A program made the translations under genes and the position numbers. Of a stretch of DNA of 64,000 nt, positions 17,007-28,272 are shown in pieces. Below the pieces are notes generated by a model that did no database searches, was not told where the DNA came from, and worked only from the letters and a program-made list of their open reading frames with translations. Each line of letters begins with the position of its first letter. Position 1 is the first letter of the stretch. Source of the stretch: Lysobacterales bacterium (GTDB taxonomy: Bacteria > Pseudomonadota > Gammaproteobacteria > Xanthomonadales > SZUA-36); the NCBI GenBank assembly GCA_011773845.1, contig WVWV01000033.1, positions 7,113 to 71,112 on the forward strand. The letters run 5' to 3'.

Positions 17007-18299
17007 ATGAAGCAGGCGACAGCCCCCCGACCCCACACGGCGTCGTATTACGCCGCCTCGGTGGCCAGCGAACCCGGCTACCCGGCGCTGGAGGGCGTGG
17101 TCTCGACCGACGTGTGCGTCGTGGGCGGCGGATTCACGGGCGTGTCGACCGCGCTCACCCTGGCCGAGCGCGGCTACCGCGTGGTGCTGCTGGAGGCCAA
17201 CCGCATCGGCTGGGGCGCCTCGGGCCGCAACGGCGGGCAACTGATCGCCGGGGTCAGCGGCGAGGCCAAGGTCCGGCGGCGGTATGGCGAGGACATCGCC
17301 GACCTGCTCTGGAAGATGCGCTGGCTCGGCAATGACATCGTGCACGATCGCGTGGCCCAATACGGCATCGATTGCGATCTCCGCAACGGCTACATCGAGG
17401 CTGCGCTGAAGCCACGCCAGATGCGGGGCCTGGAGGCCGAGCACCGCGAACTCGAGGCCCGCGGCCATCCGCACGAATTCCGGCTGCTGGACGCCGCGGA
17501 GACCCGCGCCACCCTCGGCACCGAGGCCTACATCGGCAGCCTGATCACCATGCGCAACGGGCACCTGCACCCGCTCAAGCTGTGTCTCGGCGAGGCCCGC
17601 GCGGCGCACTCGCTGGGCGTGCAGATTCACGAGGGCTCCCGGGTCACCGCCATCCAGCACGGCGCCCGGCCCCGGGTGGTCACCGGGCAGGGGGCGGTCG
17701 AAGCGGATTCCGTGGTGCTGGCCGGCAATGCCTACCATGCCCTGGAGCGCAAGCACCTCTCGGGGCTCACCTTCGCCGCGGGCAGCTACATCATTGCCAC
17801 CGAGCCGCTGCCGGAGGCGGTGCGCCGCGAGATCAATCCGCTCGACCTGGCGGTATGCGATACCAACGAGATCGTGGATTACTACCGGCTGTCCGCGGAC
17901 GGGCGCATGCTGTACGGCGGCCGCTGCAATTATTCGGGCCGTGCACCCCGCGACATCGCCGCAACCATCAGGCCGCGCATGCTGAAGGTCTATCCCCGGT
18001 TGCAGGAATTCCGCATCGACTACCAGTGGGGCGGCAGGATCGGCATCGTGCTGAACCGCATTCCCGCCCTCGGCCGCATCAACGGCAACGTCTACTACGT
18101 GCAGGGCTACTGCGGCCATGGCGTCAATGCCACCCACATCATGGGCGAGGTGGTGGCCGATGCCATTGCTGGCACCATGGAGCGCTTCGACGTATACGAG
18201 CGCATCAGGCACTTCCGGATCCCCGGTGGCCAGTGGTTCGGCAACCAGTTGGTCGCGCTCGGCATGCTGTATTTCAGGCTGAGGGACCTGCTGCCCTGA
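17007..18299 (+). CDS. FAD-dependent oxidoreductase, PuuB/OrdL/PauB-like (gamma-glutamyl-amine oxidoreductase family)
   Basis: 430 aa. 'SYYAAS...DVCVVGGGFTGVSTALTLAERGYRVVLLEANRIGWGASGRNGGQL' matches the DAO-fold N-terminus of PuuB-type enzymes. Confidence 0.85.
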   Translation: MKQATAPRPHTASYYAASVASEPGYPALEGVVSTDVCVVGGGFTGVSTALTLAERGYRVVLLEANRIGWGASGRNGGQLIAGVSGEAKVRRRYGEDIADLLWKMRWLGNDIVHDRVAQYGIDCDLRNGYIEAALKPRQMRGLEAEHRELEARGHPHEFRLLDAAETRATLGTEAYIGSLITMRNGHLHPLKLCLGEARAAHSLGVQIHEGSRVTAIQHGARPRVVTGQGAVEADSVVLAGNAYHALERKHLSGLTFAAGSYIIATEPLPEAVRREINPLDLAVCDTNEIVDYYRLSADGRMLYGGRCNYSGRAPRDIAATIRPRMLKVYPRLQEFRIDYQWGGRIGIVLNRIPALGRINGNVYYVQGYCGHGVNATHIMGEVVADAIAGTMERFDVYERIRHFRIPGGQWFGNQLVALGMLYFRLRDLLP

Positions 18300-18416
18300 G
18301 CGTGAGCCGGGGCACATTCCGTTAGCCCGGCGCGCCGCGCGGGCCGCCGGGCGGCGGCGCTGCGATGATCCGGATGCCGGGATTCCGAACTCCCGGATGG
18401 CCCGCTGGCGGCCGGC

Positions 18417-19937
<1,521 letters not shown>

Positions 19938-19953
19938 CCTCGCGTTCCTGTGT

Positions 19954-21477
19954 TCACCGGGCGACAACGCCCTCGATCTCATTCTTGCGCCGCGCAACGT
20001 AGTCGGTCAGGGCCTCGCGGATGCCCGGATCCGACGGCGGTTGCTCGTACTCCGACAGCAGGCGCTTCCAGACGCCGTTGGCCCGCTGCGCCACGTCGGC
20101 ACTCCCGGCTTCCTGCCAACGCTCGAAATTGAGCCGGTCGGAAACCAGCGGTTCGTAGAACGCCCTCTCGTACCGCTCCAGTGTATGCCGAGTCCCGAAA
20201 TGATGGCCACCCGGCGGCACCCCGGCAATAGCCTCCAGCGCCAATTCGGCCTCATCCACCGCAATCGGCTCGAGCGAGGCTGCCATCATCTGCAGCATCT
20301 CGGCGTCCACCACCAGCTTCTCGAACGAGGCCGTCAGCCCGCCCTCCAGCCAGCCAGCCGCATGGTTGACGAGGTGGCAGTGCGCCAGCAGGCAGGCCCA
20401 CAGGGACAGGCCGCTCTCGTACGCGGCCTGCGCATCGACGCTGTTGGCCGTGGTGGTGTTGCTGGACCGGAACGGCAAGCCGAGCGCCCGCGCGATCTGG
20501 CCACTGGCAATCACCAGGCGCGCGTACTCCGGCGTGCCGAGCGCGGGTGCGCCGCTGCGCATGTCGACGTTGGAGGCGAACGCGCCGTACATGACCGGCG
20601 CGCCCGGCCTGACCACCTGCGCCAGTGCCACCACCGCCAGCACCTCGGCGGTCTGCTGCACCAGCGTGCCGGCTAGCGTGGCCGGGCTCATGGAGCCGGC
20701 CAGCGTGAACGGCGTGATGCAGGCAACCTGGCCGGCGGCGGCCAGTTCCATCACCGCCTCGGCCATGGGCACGTCCAGCTGGCGGGGCGAGTTGGTGTTG
20801 ATGATGCCCAGCACCGCGGGGTCTGCGGCCAGGCCCTCGCGATCGGTGCCCAGCGCAATCGCCGTCATTTCCAGGCAATCCACCGTGCGCGCCCGACCCA
20901 GTGGGTAGGCCTGTGCGTTCTTGTCCAGCAGGGTCAATTGCGCGAGGTACAGGTCCAGGTGACGCGATTCCGGCGGCAGGTCCATCGGCTCGAAGGCACC
21001 GCCGCCCTCCTGGTGGATGATGTTGAGGCTCTGCACCAGGCGCAGGTAGTCGCACAACTCGGCGTAGCTGCCCGGCCGGCGGCCGCGATCGAGATCGCTG
21101 CAGAAAGCCGGCCCGCCGACCGAGGCGAAGACCATGTGATCGCCCCCGATCACAAGGTCCCGCGCCGGGTTGCGCGCCCGCAGGGCGAATCGCCCGGGCG
21201 CCGTGGCGCCGAGCTCGCGCACCAGGTCGCGCGCGAAACACACCATGGCAGTGGATTCGTCGACCTCGGCGCCCGCGGCGCGCAGCAGCGACCGGCTCTC
21301 GGCCTCCAGGAAGCGCATCCCGTGCTCCTCCAGCACCGCCAGCGCCGCCTCGATGATGACTTCCACCTGGTCTTCACTCAGCAGTGCCAGCGGGGGGTGG
21401 GGGTTGCGCAGGTCCTGCCACGGCAATTGATGGACGGCCGCTGGCTGGCGCCGGACCCTGCGCGAACGCCTGCCCAC
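19954..21477 (-). CDS. Trimethylamine-methyltransferase-family (MttB superfamily) protein, non-pyrrolysine, paralogue A
   Basis: Uninterrupted ORF. '[24 protein letters not shown]', 'NTNSPRQLD' and '[10 protein letters not shown]' are MttB-like. GTG start at 21477, 8 nt after the upstream stop, gives the Arg-rich N-terminus '[10 protein letters not shown]' common in this family. Confidence 0.85.
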   Translation of the reverse strand: MGRRSRRVRRQPAAVHQLPWQDLRNPHPPLALLSEDQVEVIIEAALAVLEEHGMRFLEAESRSLLRAAGAEVDESTAMVCFARDLVRELGATAPGRFALRARNPARDLVIGGDHMVFASVGGPAFCSDLDRGRRPGSYAELCDYLRLVQSLNIIHQEGGGAFEPMDLPPESRHLDLYLAQLTLLDKNAQAYPLGRARTVDCLEMTAIALGTDREGLAADPAVLGIINTNSPRQLDVPMAEAVMELAAAGQVACITPFTLAGSMSPATLAGTLVQQTAEVLAVVALAQVVRPGAPVMYGAFASNVDMRSGAPALGTPEYARLVIASGQIARALGLPFRSSNTTTANSVDAQAAYESGLSLWACLLAHCHLVNHAAGWLEGGLTASFEKLVVDAEMLQMMAASLEPIAVDEAELALEAIAGVPPGGHHFGTRHTLERYERAFYEPLVSDRLNFERWQEAGSADVAQRANGVWKRLLSEYEQPPSDPGIREALTDYVARRKNEIEGVVAR

Positions 21478-21485
21478 CGGCCCGC

Positions 21486-22352
21486 TCAGGTGTCCGCGGG
21501 GGACTGCATGACGGCCAGCGCCTGCCGCCGCCACGCCTCGGTCTGTTCCACCTGGTTGAAACTGAACACATGGCAGCCGGCGATGTCGAGCGACTCCTCG
21601 TGCAGCAGCGGCGCTAGCGCCCGCAACAGCGCGTCGGGCGTGTACACCGAGGCGCTCAGGAAGCGCGCCACGGCATCCCGTTTGCGGCGCAGGAACCGCA
21701 GCGAGTCGCCGACGCCGATGCGCAGCGATGTCTTCAGCAGGGTGGCCCGGTCGGACACGCCCGGAATGCCGATCCAGGCCGGCAAGCGGACGCCGCGTGC
21801 CCGGATCGCCCGCAGCCACCGCCCCAGCAGCTGGACATCGAAGCACATCTGCGTCACCAGGTAGGTCGCCAGCGCCTGCTTGCGCTCCAGCTCCGCCAGC
21901 AGCACATCCGCGGCCACCTCCGGGTGGCCCTCCGGGTGGGTGGCAATGCCGATCTCCGCGAAACGGTGGTCGTACTCGGAAATGGCCTGCAGCAATTGCC
22001 AGGCGGTGCCGAACGGGCCGAGCGGCCTGGCGGCGTCGCCACCCGGCACGAAGATGCTGTCCACGGGCAGGTCTTCGAGACGGGCCATGATCTCCCTGAG
22101 GTGCCCGTCGCCCCGCACCATCTTGGCGGCGATGTGCGGCACCACGCGAAAACCCCGGTCCGCCAGGCGGTGCGTCAGATCCAGGGTGGCATCGACCCCC
22201 TTCGTGGGAGAACAGGAAACCGACACGAAGGATCCGGGCGCCAGGTCGGCCAGGCGCCGCTCGATGCTGGGGGTGGGAAAGATCTCCAGGTACGCCTCGC
22301 GCACGAGATGCTCGAGGGCGGCGTCCCGGGGCAGGTTCGGGCTGCCCTTCAT
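21486..22352 (-). CDS. Methylenetetrahydrofolate reductase (MetF)-like protein, paralogue 2
   Basis: The 288-aa tail of ORF 21486-23660 has normal composition ('...SVSCSPTKG...', 'YLVTQMCFD...'). The ATG at 22352 overlaps the upstream stop as ATGA. The N-terminal 436 aa of the long ORF are shadow-like. Confidence 0.8.
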   Translation of the reverse strand: MKGSPNLPRDAALEHLVREAYLEIFPTPSIERRLADLAPGSFVSVSCSPTKGVDATLDLTHRLADRGFRVVPHIAAKMVRGDGHLREIMARLEDLPVDSIFVPGGDAARPLGPFGTAWQLLQAISEYDHRFAEIGIATHPEGHPEVAADVLLAELERKQALATYLVTQMCFDVQLLGRWLRAIRARGVRLPAWIGIPGVSDRATLLKTSLRIGVGDSLRFLRRKRDAVARFLSASVYTPDALLRALAPLLHEESLDIAGCHVFSFNQVEQTEAWRRQALAVMQSPADT

Positions 22353-24343
22353 TCTTGCCTGCGCCTCCGCTGCGGGCGCGCCTTCGACGGCAGGTCGACG
22401 GCGCGCCGCAATTCGGTGAACGGGTCGCTGGCGTGCGGAATGGCCATGGCGGCCACGAAATGCGCCTGGAAGCGTTCCTCGACCGCGGTCTCGATTTTCT
22501 CCACGCGCCGCACCTGCTGCTGGATCAGCGCCCGGGAGGCACGGTCCAGCAGGGCCACGCGCGCGCCCGTGCCGGCCGCGTTGCCGGCGGATGACACCTG
22601 TTCCAGGTCGCAGTCCGGGATCATGCCCAGCACCATCGCGTACTTGACGTCGATCTGCGCGCCGAACGCGCCCGCCAGCCGTATGCGGTCCACCCGCTCC
22701 ACGCCGAGCTTCTCCATCAGCAGCCGGGCGCCGGCGTAGAGGGCCGCCTTGGCCAGCTGGATGGCGCGCACGTCGTTCTGGCGGATCACGATGTGCGGCT
22801 CGCCGTCCCACAGCCGGTAGGCATGGGTGCGCCCGTCCGGCACGACGCGCTCGCTGCGTGCCGCCAGCCGGCCATCGATACGGCCGTCGGCGTCGATCAC
22901 GCCCGCCAGGTAGAGCTCGGCCACCGCCTCGATGATGCCGGAGCCGCAGATGCCGGTGACCCCGCCGTCCGGCAGGCGGTCCCGGAAGTCCGGCTCGTCC
23001 GACCAGGCATCGCTGCCGATGACCCTGAACCGCGGCTCCAGGCTGGCGGCGTCGACCCGCACGCGTTCGATGGCGCCGGGCGCCGCCCGCTGGCCGGCAC
23101 TGATCTGGGCGCCCTCGAATGCCGGCCCGGTGGGGCTCGAAGCCGCCAGCAGCCGGTCGCGGTTGCCCAGCACCAGCTCGGCATTGGTGCCGACATCGAC
23201 GATCAGCGAGACCTCGTCCCGGTCCCAGGGCGCCTCCGCCAGCAGGACGCCCGCCATATCCGCGCCCACGTGCCCGGCGATGCATGGCAGCACATAGGCG
23301 TATCCGCCCGGATGGATGCCGATTTCCAGTTCGCGGGCCGCAATGCTCACCGCCGCATCGCTGGCCAGCGCGAACGGGGCCTGCCCCAGCTCGCTCGGAT
23401 CGTAGCCGAGCACCAGGTGCTGCATGATGGGATTGCCCACCAGCGTAAGTTCCAGTACGTCCTCGACCTGCAAGCCCGCGCCATCGGTCAGCTCGGCCAC
23501 CAGGCCGTTGATGGCCTCCCGCACCACCCGGGTGAGTTCGGCCTCGCCACCCGGGTTCATCATGATGTAGGAGACCCGGCTCATCAGGTCCTCGCCAAAG
23601 CGAATCTGCGGGTTCATGCGCCCGCCACTGGCCAGCACTTCGCCGCTGGTCAGGTCGCACAGGTGCGCGGCGATGGTGGTGGAGCCGATGTCAAAGGCGA
23701 TACCGTACAGCCGCCCCTTGAAACCGGGCCACACACCGACGATCTCGTTGCCATTATGGATGGCGACGGTCACCCGCCACTGGCCCTCGCGCAGCGCCCG
23801 CTGCAGGGCCTGGGTCATGCGCAGATCCCAGTAATGGGCCTCGATGCCCCACTCCCGCTGCAGCGCCTCGCGCAGCCGTTCCAGGTCGCCGCGTGGGTCG
23901 TGCATGTCGGGCGGCGCCACTTCGACGAAATAGGGATGCACCATCGGATCGACGCGGATGTCGTGCGCCTCGTGCGGCTTGCGCACCACCTGGCGGTGCA
24001 CCTGGCTGGTGGCGGGCACATCGATGGCCACGTCACCCAGGATACGGGCCTGGCAGCCGAGACGATGCCCCTCCGGCAGGTCCCGTCGTTCGCGGTAGCG
24101 GGCTTCCGCTTCACCCTCCGCCGACAGGTGCTCCGTGCGCGATACGATGCCGTGCTTGGCGAGTTCACCGGCGGTGGGAAGCACCTGGCAACGCCCGCAG
24201 ATCGCCCGCCCGCCGCAGACCGAATCCAGATCCACTCCGAGGCTGCGTGCCGCCTCCAGCACCGCCGTGCCCTCCGCAAAGCGCCCGCGCTTTCCCGAGG
24301 GGGAGAACACCACCCGGCATTCGGGATGATCGGCGCCGGTCAT
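22349..24343 (-). CDS. RACo-like reductive activase of corrinoid enzymes (2Fe-2S ferredoxin domain + ASKHA/DUF4445 ATPase domain)
   Basis: 664 aa. N-terminal plant-type ferredoxin motif 'CGGRAICGRCQV...GCQA', then ASKHA-type 'GIAFDIGSTTIA' and 'DVGTNAE..' plus 'GICGSG'. Start at ATG 24343. Confidence 0.85.
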   Translation of the reverse strand: MTGADHPECRVVFSPSGKRGRFAEGTAVLEAARSLGVDLDSVCGGRAICGRCQVLPTAGELAKHGIVSRTEHLSAEGEAEARYRERRDLPEGHRLGCQARILGDVAIDVPATSQVHRQVVRKPHEAHDIRVDPMVHPYFVEVAPPDMHDPRGDLERLREALQREWGIEAHYWDLRMTQALQRALREGQWRVTVAIHNGNEIVGVWPGFKGRLYGIAFDIGSTTIAAHLCDLTSGEVLASGGRMNPQIRFGEDLMSRVSYIMMNPGGEAELTRVVREAINGLVAELTDGAGLQVEDVLELTLVGNPIMQHLVLGYDPSELGQAPFALASDAAVSIAARELEIGIHPGGYAYVLPCIAGHVGADMAGVLLAEAPWDRDEVSLIVDVGTNAELVLGNRDRLLAASSPTGPAFEGAQISAGQRAAPGAIERVRVDAASLEPRFRVIGSDAWSDEPDFRDRLPDGGVTGICGSGIIEAVAELYLAGVIDADGRIDGRLAARSERVVPDGRTHAYRLWDGEPHIVIRQNDVRAIQLAKAALYAGARLLMEKLGVERVDRIRLAGAFGAQIDVKYAMVLGMIPDCDLEQVSSAGNAAGTGARVALLDRASRALIQQQVRRVEKIETAVEERFQAHFVAAMAIPHASDPFTELRRAVDLPSKARPQRRRRQE

Positions 24344-24362
24344 GTGCAAACCGCCGCCTCGC

Positions 24363-25265
24363 TCAACGCCGCGGCGGCCGGCGCCGGCGACCGCCGCGGC
24401 GACCCCGTTCGACGCCTGCCCCCGAATCCCGATAGGCGCCGATCCACGCCGCGCACTCGGCGTCATGGCCCATGACCACATTGGCCGCGCGCACCGCCTG
24501 CATCAGCTCGGGCTTGAGTGGATTGGTGATCGCCGAGGTCATCCCGCCCGCGATGGCCATGCCGATGAAGGTGGCGTTCAGTCCTTCCCGGTTCGGCAGG
24601 CCGAAACTGAGATTGGAAGCCCCGCAGGTGGTGTTGACCCGCAACTCCTCGCGCAGGCGCCGCACGATGTGCATGACCTGCCGCCCGGCGGCATTGATGG
24701 CCCCAATGGGCATGACCAGCGGGTCCACCACCACGTCGGACCGCGCAATGCCGTGATCCTCGGCGCGCTCGACGATCTTCTTCGCCACCTCGAAGCGCAC
24801 GTCCGGGTCCTCCGAGATGCCGGTATCGTCGTTGGAGATGGCCACCACCGCGCAGCCGTGCTTCCTGACCAGCGGCAGCACCCGTTCGAGCCGTTCCTCC
24901 TCGCCGGTCACCGAGTTCAGCAAGGCCTTTCCCTGGTAGGCCTGCAGGCCGCTTGCCAACGCCTCGATGACCGACGAGTCGATGCACAGCGGGACGTCGG
25001 TGACCGCCTGGATCAGGCGGATGCACTCGGCCATGATGGCCGGCTCGTCGGCCAGCGGTACGCCGGCATTCACGTCCAGCACCTGGGCTCCGGCCGCGAC
25101 CTGGGCCAGGGCATCCGCCTCGACCCGGCCATAATCGCCGGCCTTCAGCTCCGCTGCCAGCAAACTGCGGCCGGTGGGATTGATGCGCTCCCCGATCACC
25201 ACGAAGGGCCGCCCGAAGCCGATCACCACCTCGCGGCTGGCGGAACTGATGACGGTATCCGTCAT
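24363..25265 (-). CDS. Methyltetrahydrofolate:corrinoid methyltransferase (pterin-binding / dihydropteroate-synthase-like barrel)
   Basis: 'VVIGERINPTGR', 'VLDVN', 'LCIDSS' and 'NSV' are hallmarks of the MeTr/AcsE/MetH pterin-binding domain. Start at ATG 25265. The C-terminus is Arg-rich ('GRRGGRRRRPPRR'). Confidence 0.85.
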   Translation of the reverse strand: MTDTVISSASREVVIGFGRPFVVIGERINPTGRSLLAAELKAGDYGRVEADALAQVAAGAQVLDVNAGVPLADEPAIMAECIRLIQAVTDVPLCIDSSVIEALASGLQAYQGKALLNSVTGEEERLERVLPLVRKHGCAVVAISNDDTGISEDPDVRFEVAKKIVERAEDHGIARSDVVVDPLVMPIGAINAAGRQVMHIVRRLREELRVNTTCGASNLSFGLPNREGLNATFIGMAIAGGMTSAITNPLKPELMQAVRAANVVMGHDAECAAWIGAYRDSGAGVERGRRGGRRRRPPRR

Positions 25266-25305
25266 GCCCGTCGCCTGCCCGGCTGTTGCCTGTGGGCGCC
25301 CGCCA

Positions 25306-25614
25306 TCACCGGGCGCTCGCCCCGGCTCGGCCACCGGCCTTGACCACCCGCTCCAGCTCGGCCGGCGGGAAGCGGCGCTCCAGCGCGCGGGCCCGCTCGC
25401 GGACCAACTGCTCGAGATCGCCCTCGAGCAGTTCCGTCTCGCGGCGCCAGTCTTCCAGGTACGCAGCGCTCGAACCTCGCCCGGCCCGCATCGCGGCCCG
25501 GTCGATGGCCTGTTGGAACCGTGGCTCCAGTTCCTGCTTGCAGCGCTGGCGGCCCTGTTTGCCCACCACCTGGGCCGGGATGTCCCGCCAGTAAATGCTG
25601 GTCAGCTTCACCAT
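25306..25614 (-). CDS. Small conserved protein of the family often annotated 'virulence factor' that accompanies DUF1638/corrinoid clusters
   Basis: 102 aa starting 'MVKLTSIYWRDIPAQVV'. The start overlaps the DUF1638 stop by 7 nt. The family name comes from memory of similar neighbourhoods and is not verified. Confidence 0.55.
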   Translation of the reverse strand: MVKLTSIYWRDIPAQVVGKQGRQRCKQELEPRFQQAIDRAAMRAGRGSSAAYLEDWRRETELLEGDLEQLVRERARALERRFPPAELERVVKAGGRAGASAR

Positions 25615-26204
25615 GCGGCCACCCGATTCCGCAGCACGGCCTCCAGCGGCGCCAGGCCGGTCGGATGTGGATGGAACTCCAGTTTCAGGTAGCGGGCGCA
25701 CTCGCGCGCCCGCTCGGACAATCCGGGCGTATCCGACTGCGCCAGGTAAACGACCCGGCGGTAGTTGCCAAAGTAGCTGTCCCGCAGCTCGGGGTGCCGG
25801 TCGAGGCCCAGCCCGCGCACCACCAGGCGCTCGAAATGCCGCACAAGGAAGTCGGTCAGGTAGAAAGTGCCGGGCTCATCGTTCGCCAGGCGCTCGAAGC
25901 GGCTCGCGCCCGCGAAGAACTGGTAGCAGTGCGCGCCCGGCAGGCGCTCCACGCCATACTCGGTCAGCACGCGGTCCAGCGCCCCGCCGGTCCCGCAGTC
26001 GCCATAGGCGACGAACATGCGGACCCCGTCGGCGCGGTGGCGCTCGATGGCCGTCCGGACCGCACCCGGTATCCGCTGGGGGGTGTTGTGCAGTTCCGCG
26101 GGCAGGCACTGTACGCGCAGCGCCGCCCAGCGGTTGCGGCGCTTGAGTTCAACCAGCTCACGAGCCAGCGCCCCACAGGCGATGATGAGGATTCGCATCG
26201 TCAT
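25608..26204 (-). CDS. DUF1638-domain protein
   Basis: 'MRILIIACGALARE...' and 'FVAYGDCGTGGALD' are typical DUF1638 motifs. Start at ATG 26204 (GGAG 4 nt upstream) or 26198. Confidence 0.7.
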   Translation of the reverse strand: MTMRILIIACGALARELVELKRRNRWAALRVQCLPAELHNTPQRIPGAVRTAIERHRADGVRMFVAYGDCGTGGALDRVLTEYGVERLPGAHCYQFFAGASRFERLANDEPGTFYLTDFLVRHFERLVVRGLGLDRHPELRDSYFGNYRRVVYLAQSDTPGLSERARECARYLKLEFHPHPTGLAPLEAVLRNRVAAW

Positions 26205-26229
26205 CGCACTCCGAGCCCCGCGCTCCCGC

Positions 26230-26931
26230 TCAGCCGGCCTGTCGCCGCTCCATGACCAACTGCTTGGCGACCTCGACGGCGGTGGCGGCATCCCGGCAAT
26301 AGGCGTCCGCGCCGACCGCCTTGCCGAACTCCTCGTTGAGCGGAGCGCCGCCCACCAGCACGATGTAATCGTCGCGGATGCCCTGCTCCTTCATGGCGTC
26401 GATCACCACCTTCATGTAGGGCATCGTGGTGGTCAGCAGGGCCGACATGCCGAGGATGTCCGGTCGCTCGCGCTGCAGGGCATCGATGTAGGCGTCGGCG
26501 TCGGTGTTGATGCCGAGGTCGACGATTTCGAAGCCCGCGCCTTCCATCATCATCCCCACGAGGTTCTTGCCGATATCGTGGATGTCGCCCTTGACGGTGC
26601 CGATCACCATCTTGCCGACCGGCTCGGCACCGGTCTCCGCCAGCAGCGGGCGCAGGATCGCCATGCCGGCCTTCATCGCGTTGGCCGCCAGCAGCACCTC
26701 GGGCACGAACAGGATGCCGTCGCGAAAGTCCTCGCCAACGATGTTCATGCCCGCCACCAGCGCCTCGTCCAGCAGCTTCTTCGGGTCCCAGCCACGCTCC
26801 AGCAAGATCTGCGTGCCCTCGGCGATCTCCTCGGCCAGGCCGTCGTACAGGTCGTCCCACATCTGCTCGACCAGTTCCTCGTCACCAAGTTCGGCGAGCA
26901 CCAGGTCGTCCGTGTCGTGTTCCTGCGTCAT
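26230..26931 (-). CDS. Corrinoid (cobalamin-binding) methyl-carrier protein
   Basis: B12-binding cap helices followed by the Rossmann domain with the DxHxxG motif 'GDIHDIGKN', then 'SALLTTT' and 'VGGAP'. Start at ATG 26931 or GTG 26940. Confidence 0.9.
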   Translation of the reverse strand: MTQEHDTDDLVLAELGDEELVEQMWDDLYDGLAEEIAEGTQILLERGWDPKKLLDEALVAGMNIVGEDFRDGILFVPEVLLAANAMKAGMAILRPLLAETGAEPVGKMVIGTVKGDIHDIGKNLVGMMMEGAGFEIVDLGINTDADAYIDALQRERPDILGMSALLTTTMPYMKVVIDAMKEQGIRDDYIVLVGGAPLNEEFGKAVGADAYCRDAATAVEVAKQLVMERRQAG

Positions 26932-27037
26932 CGCGTCCACCGCTCAGAAAAAACCACCTGGATCATGCCGACCCCGATGGTTTTGAACCCGCATCTTCCG
27001 ACACTTGCCGGGCGCAGTCAATGAGCCCCGCCGTGGC

Positions 27038-28243
27038 TCAGCCATCCGCGCCCACGGCCTCCAGGTACCATTGGAGAAATTTCCAGGTGTAGGTCTCGAT
27101 GCCGGACAGCGGCCCCGGCTCGTAAAACCGCGAGCCCACCCCGCGCGCGTTGTTTTCGATGATGCGCTTGTCGGCCTCGGTGGTCACGTCCCACAACCAG
27201 GTCAGCTGCTCGACGTCGTAGTCCTCGCCCGCGCGCGCATTCCCGTTGACCAGCCAGGTGATGTCGCATTCGCTGCGCCCGATCCCGGACGGCCGGAAGG
27301 CATAGACCACGACGTAATCGCAGTAGGCGAGCGCGAACGTCACCGGCCCCACCTGGAAGTCGGTCGCCCCGCCGTAGTAATCGGAGATGTCGCCCAGCAG
27401 CGGCGCCACCGGCTGCCCGTCCTGGCTGCCCGTGAGGTGGCCGCGAATGAGGGGGTAGCGCTCGTAGAGGAAATCCGCCCCGAAGCCCGTCGCATCGCGG
27501 TAGATGCGGTTCACCTGCGCGTCGCTCATGCCGCAGGCGGGTGCGCGCTCGAACATCTCGCCGTACATCTCGCTGGTTTTCAGATCCGGGTGCGCCAGGA
27601 TGTGGCCGCGCGAGTACTCGGGGTGGGCCGGCGCGCAGTGGTAGCACTCGGTATAGTTCTCCACCGCCAGCTTCCAGTTCGCGGCCATCGGATACACCTG
27701 GCGGTGGGCCACCCGGGCCCCGTCGAGCCGATAGGGTGCCAGGCACTCGGAAAGCGCCGCGCGGACCGGCTCGAATGCCGCCGGGCGGGCGGCGAAATTG
27801 ACGAAAATCAGCCCCTCGAGCACCTCGCAGGCGATGCGCTTGAGGCTCAACTCCGATGGGTCGAAGTCCTCACCCATGTGTGCCGCGGATCGCAGCCGCC
27901 CGTCCAGGTCGTAACTCCAGCCATGATACGGGCAGGTCAGCAGCTTGCCGCGGCCCCGGGGCAGCAGGCAAATCCGGGAGCCGCGATGCCGGCACACGTT
28001 GACCAGCGCCTGCACGCGGTCTTTCGCGGCACGCACCACGATCACCGATTCCCGTTCCAGGTTGAACAGCATCCAGTCGCCGACGTTGGGAATTTCGCTC
28101 AGGTGGCCGGCGTACAGCCACGAGCGCATGAAGATGCGCTCGATGTCCCGACGATAGATTTCGGGCTCGGTGTAGAAGGCCTGGTCCAGCGCCCGCATGC
28201 GGGGATGGGCCGAGGCGAGACGGTCGATGGCCTGCGAATCCAT
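27038..28243 (-). CDS. Rieske [2Fe-2S] non-haem-iron oxygenase alpha subunit, betaine/carnitine-type (GbcA/Stc2/CntA-like)
   Basis: Rieske motif 'CRHRG...CPYHGW' and catalytic-domain motif 'NWKLAVENYTECYHCAPAHPEY'. ATG at 28243 is preceded by GGAGGA. The upstream 239 aa of ORF 27038-28960 are shadow-like. Confidence 0.9.
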   Translation of the reverse strand: MDSQAIDRLASAHPRMRALDQAFYTEPEIYRRDIERIFMRSWLYAGHLSEIPNVGDWMLFNLERESVIVVRAAKDRVQALVNVCRHRGSRICLLPRGRGKLLTCPYHGWSYDLDGRLRSAAHMGEDFDPSELSLKRIACEVLEGLIFVNFAARPAAFEPVRAALSECLAPYRLDGARVAHRQVYPMAANWKLAVENYTECYHCAPAHPEYSRGHILAHPDLKTSEMYGEMFERAPACGMSDAQVNRIYRDATGFGADFLYERYPLIRGHLTGSQDGQPVAPLLGDISDYYGGATDFQVGPVTFALAYCDYVVVYAFRPSGIGRSECDITWLVNGNARAGEDYDVEQLTWLWDVTTEADKRIIENNARGVGSRFYEPGPLSGIETYTWKFLQWYLEAVGADG

Positions 28244-28272
28244 GCGAACTATTCCTCCGAGCTGACCATGGC

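Noticed and set aside
18370-18400. Short inverted repeat CCGGGA-N8-TCCCGG between the convergent PuuB-like and MttB-B genes.
   Set aside because: The stem is only 6 bp, the loop is 8 nt and there is no flanking T/A run. This is too weak to annotate as a terminator.
21486-23660. N-terminal extensions of the longest ORFs. Examples: 724 aa for the MetF-like gene, 640 aa for the Rieske gene, 559 aa for the permease, 710 aa for the methyltransferase at 53650, 542/543 aa for the SPOR and birA genes, and 810 aa for the first ALDH.
   Set aside because: The extended parts overlap the preceding gene in another frame and are compositionally shadow-like. Internal starts with an RBS or ATGA-type coupling give family-typical lengths.
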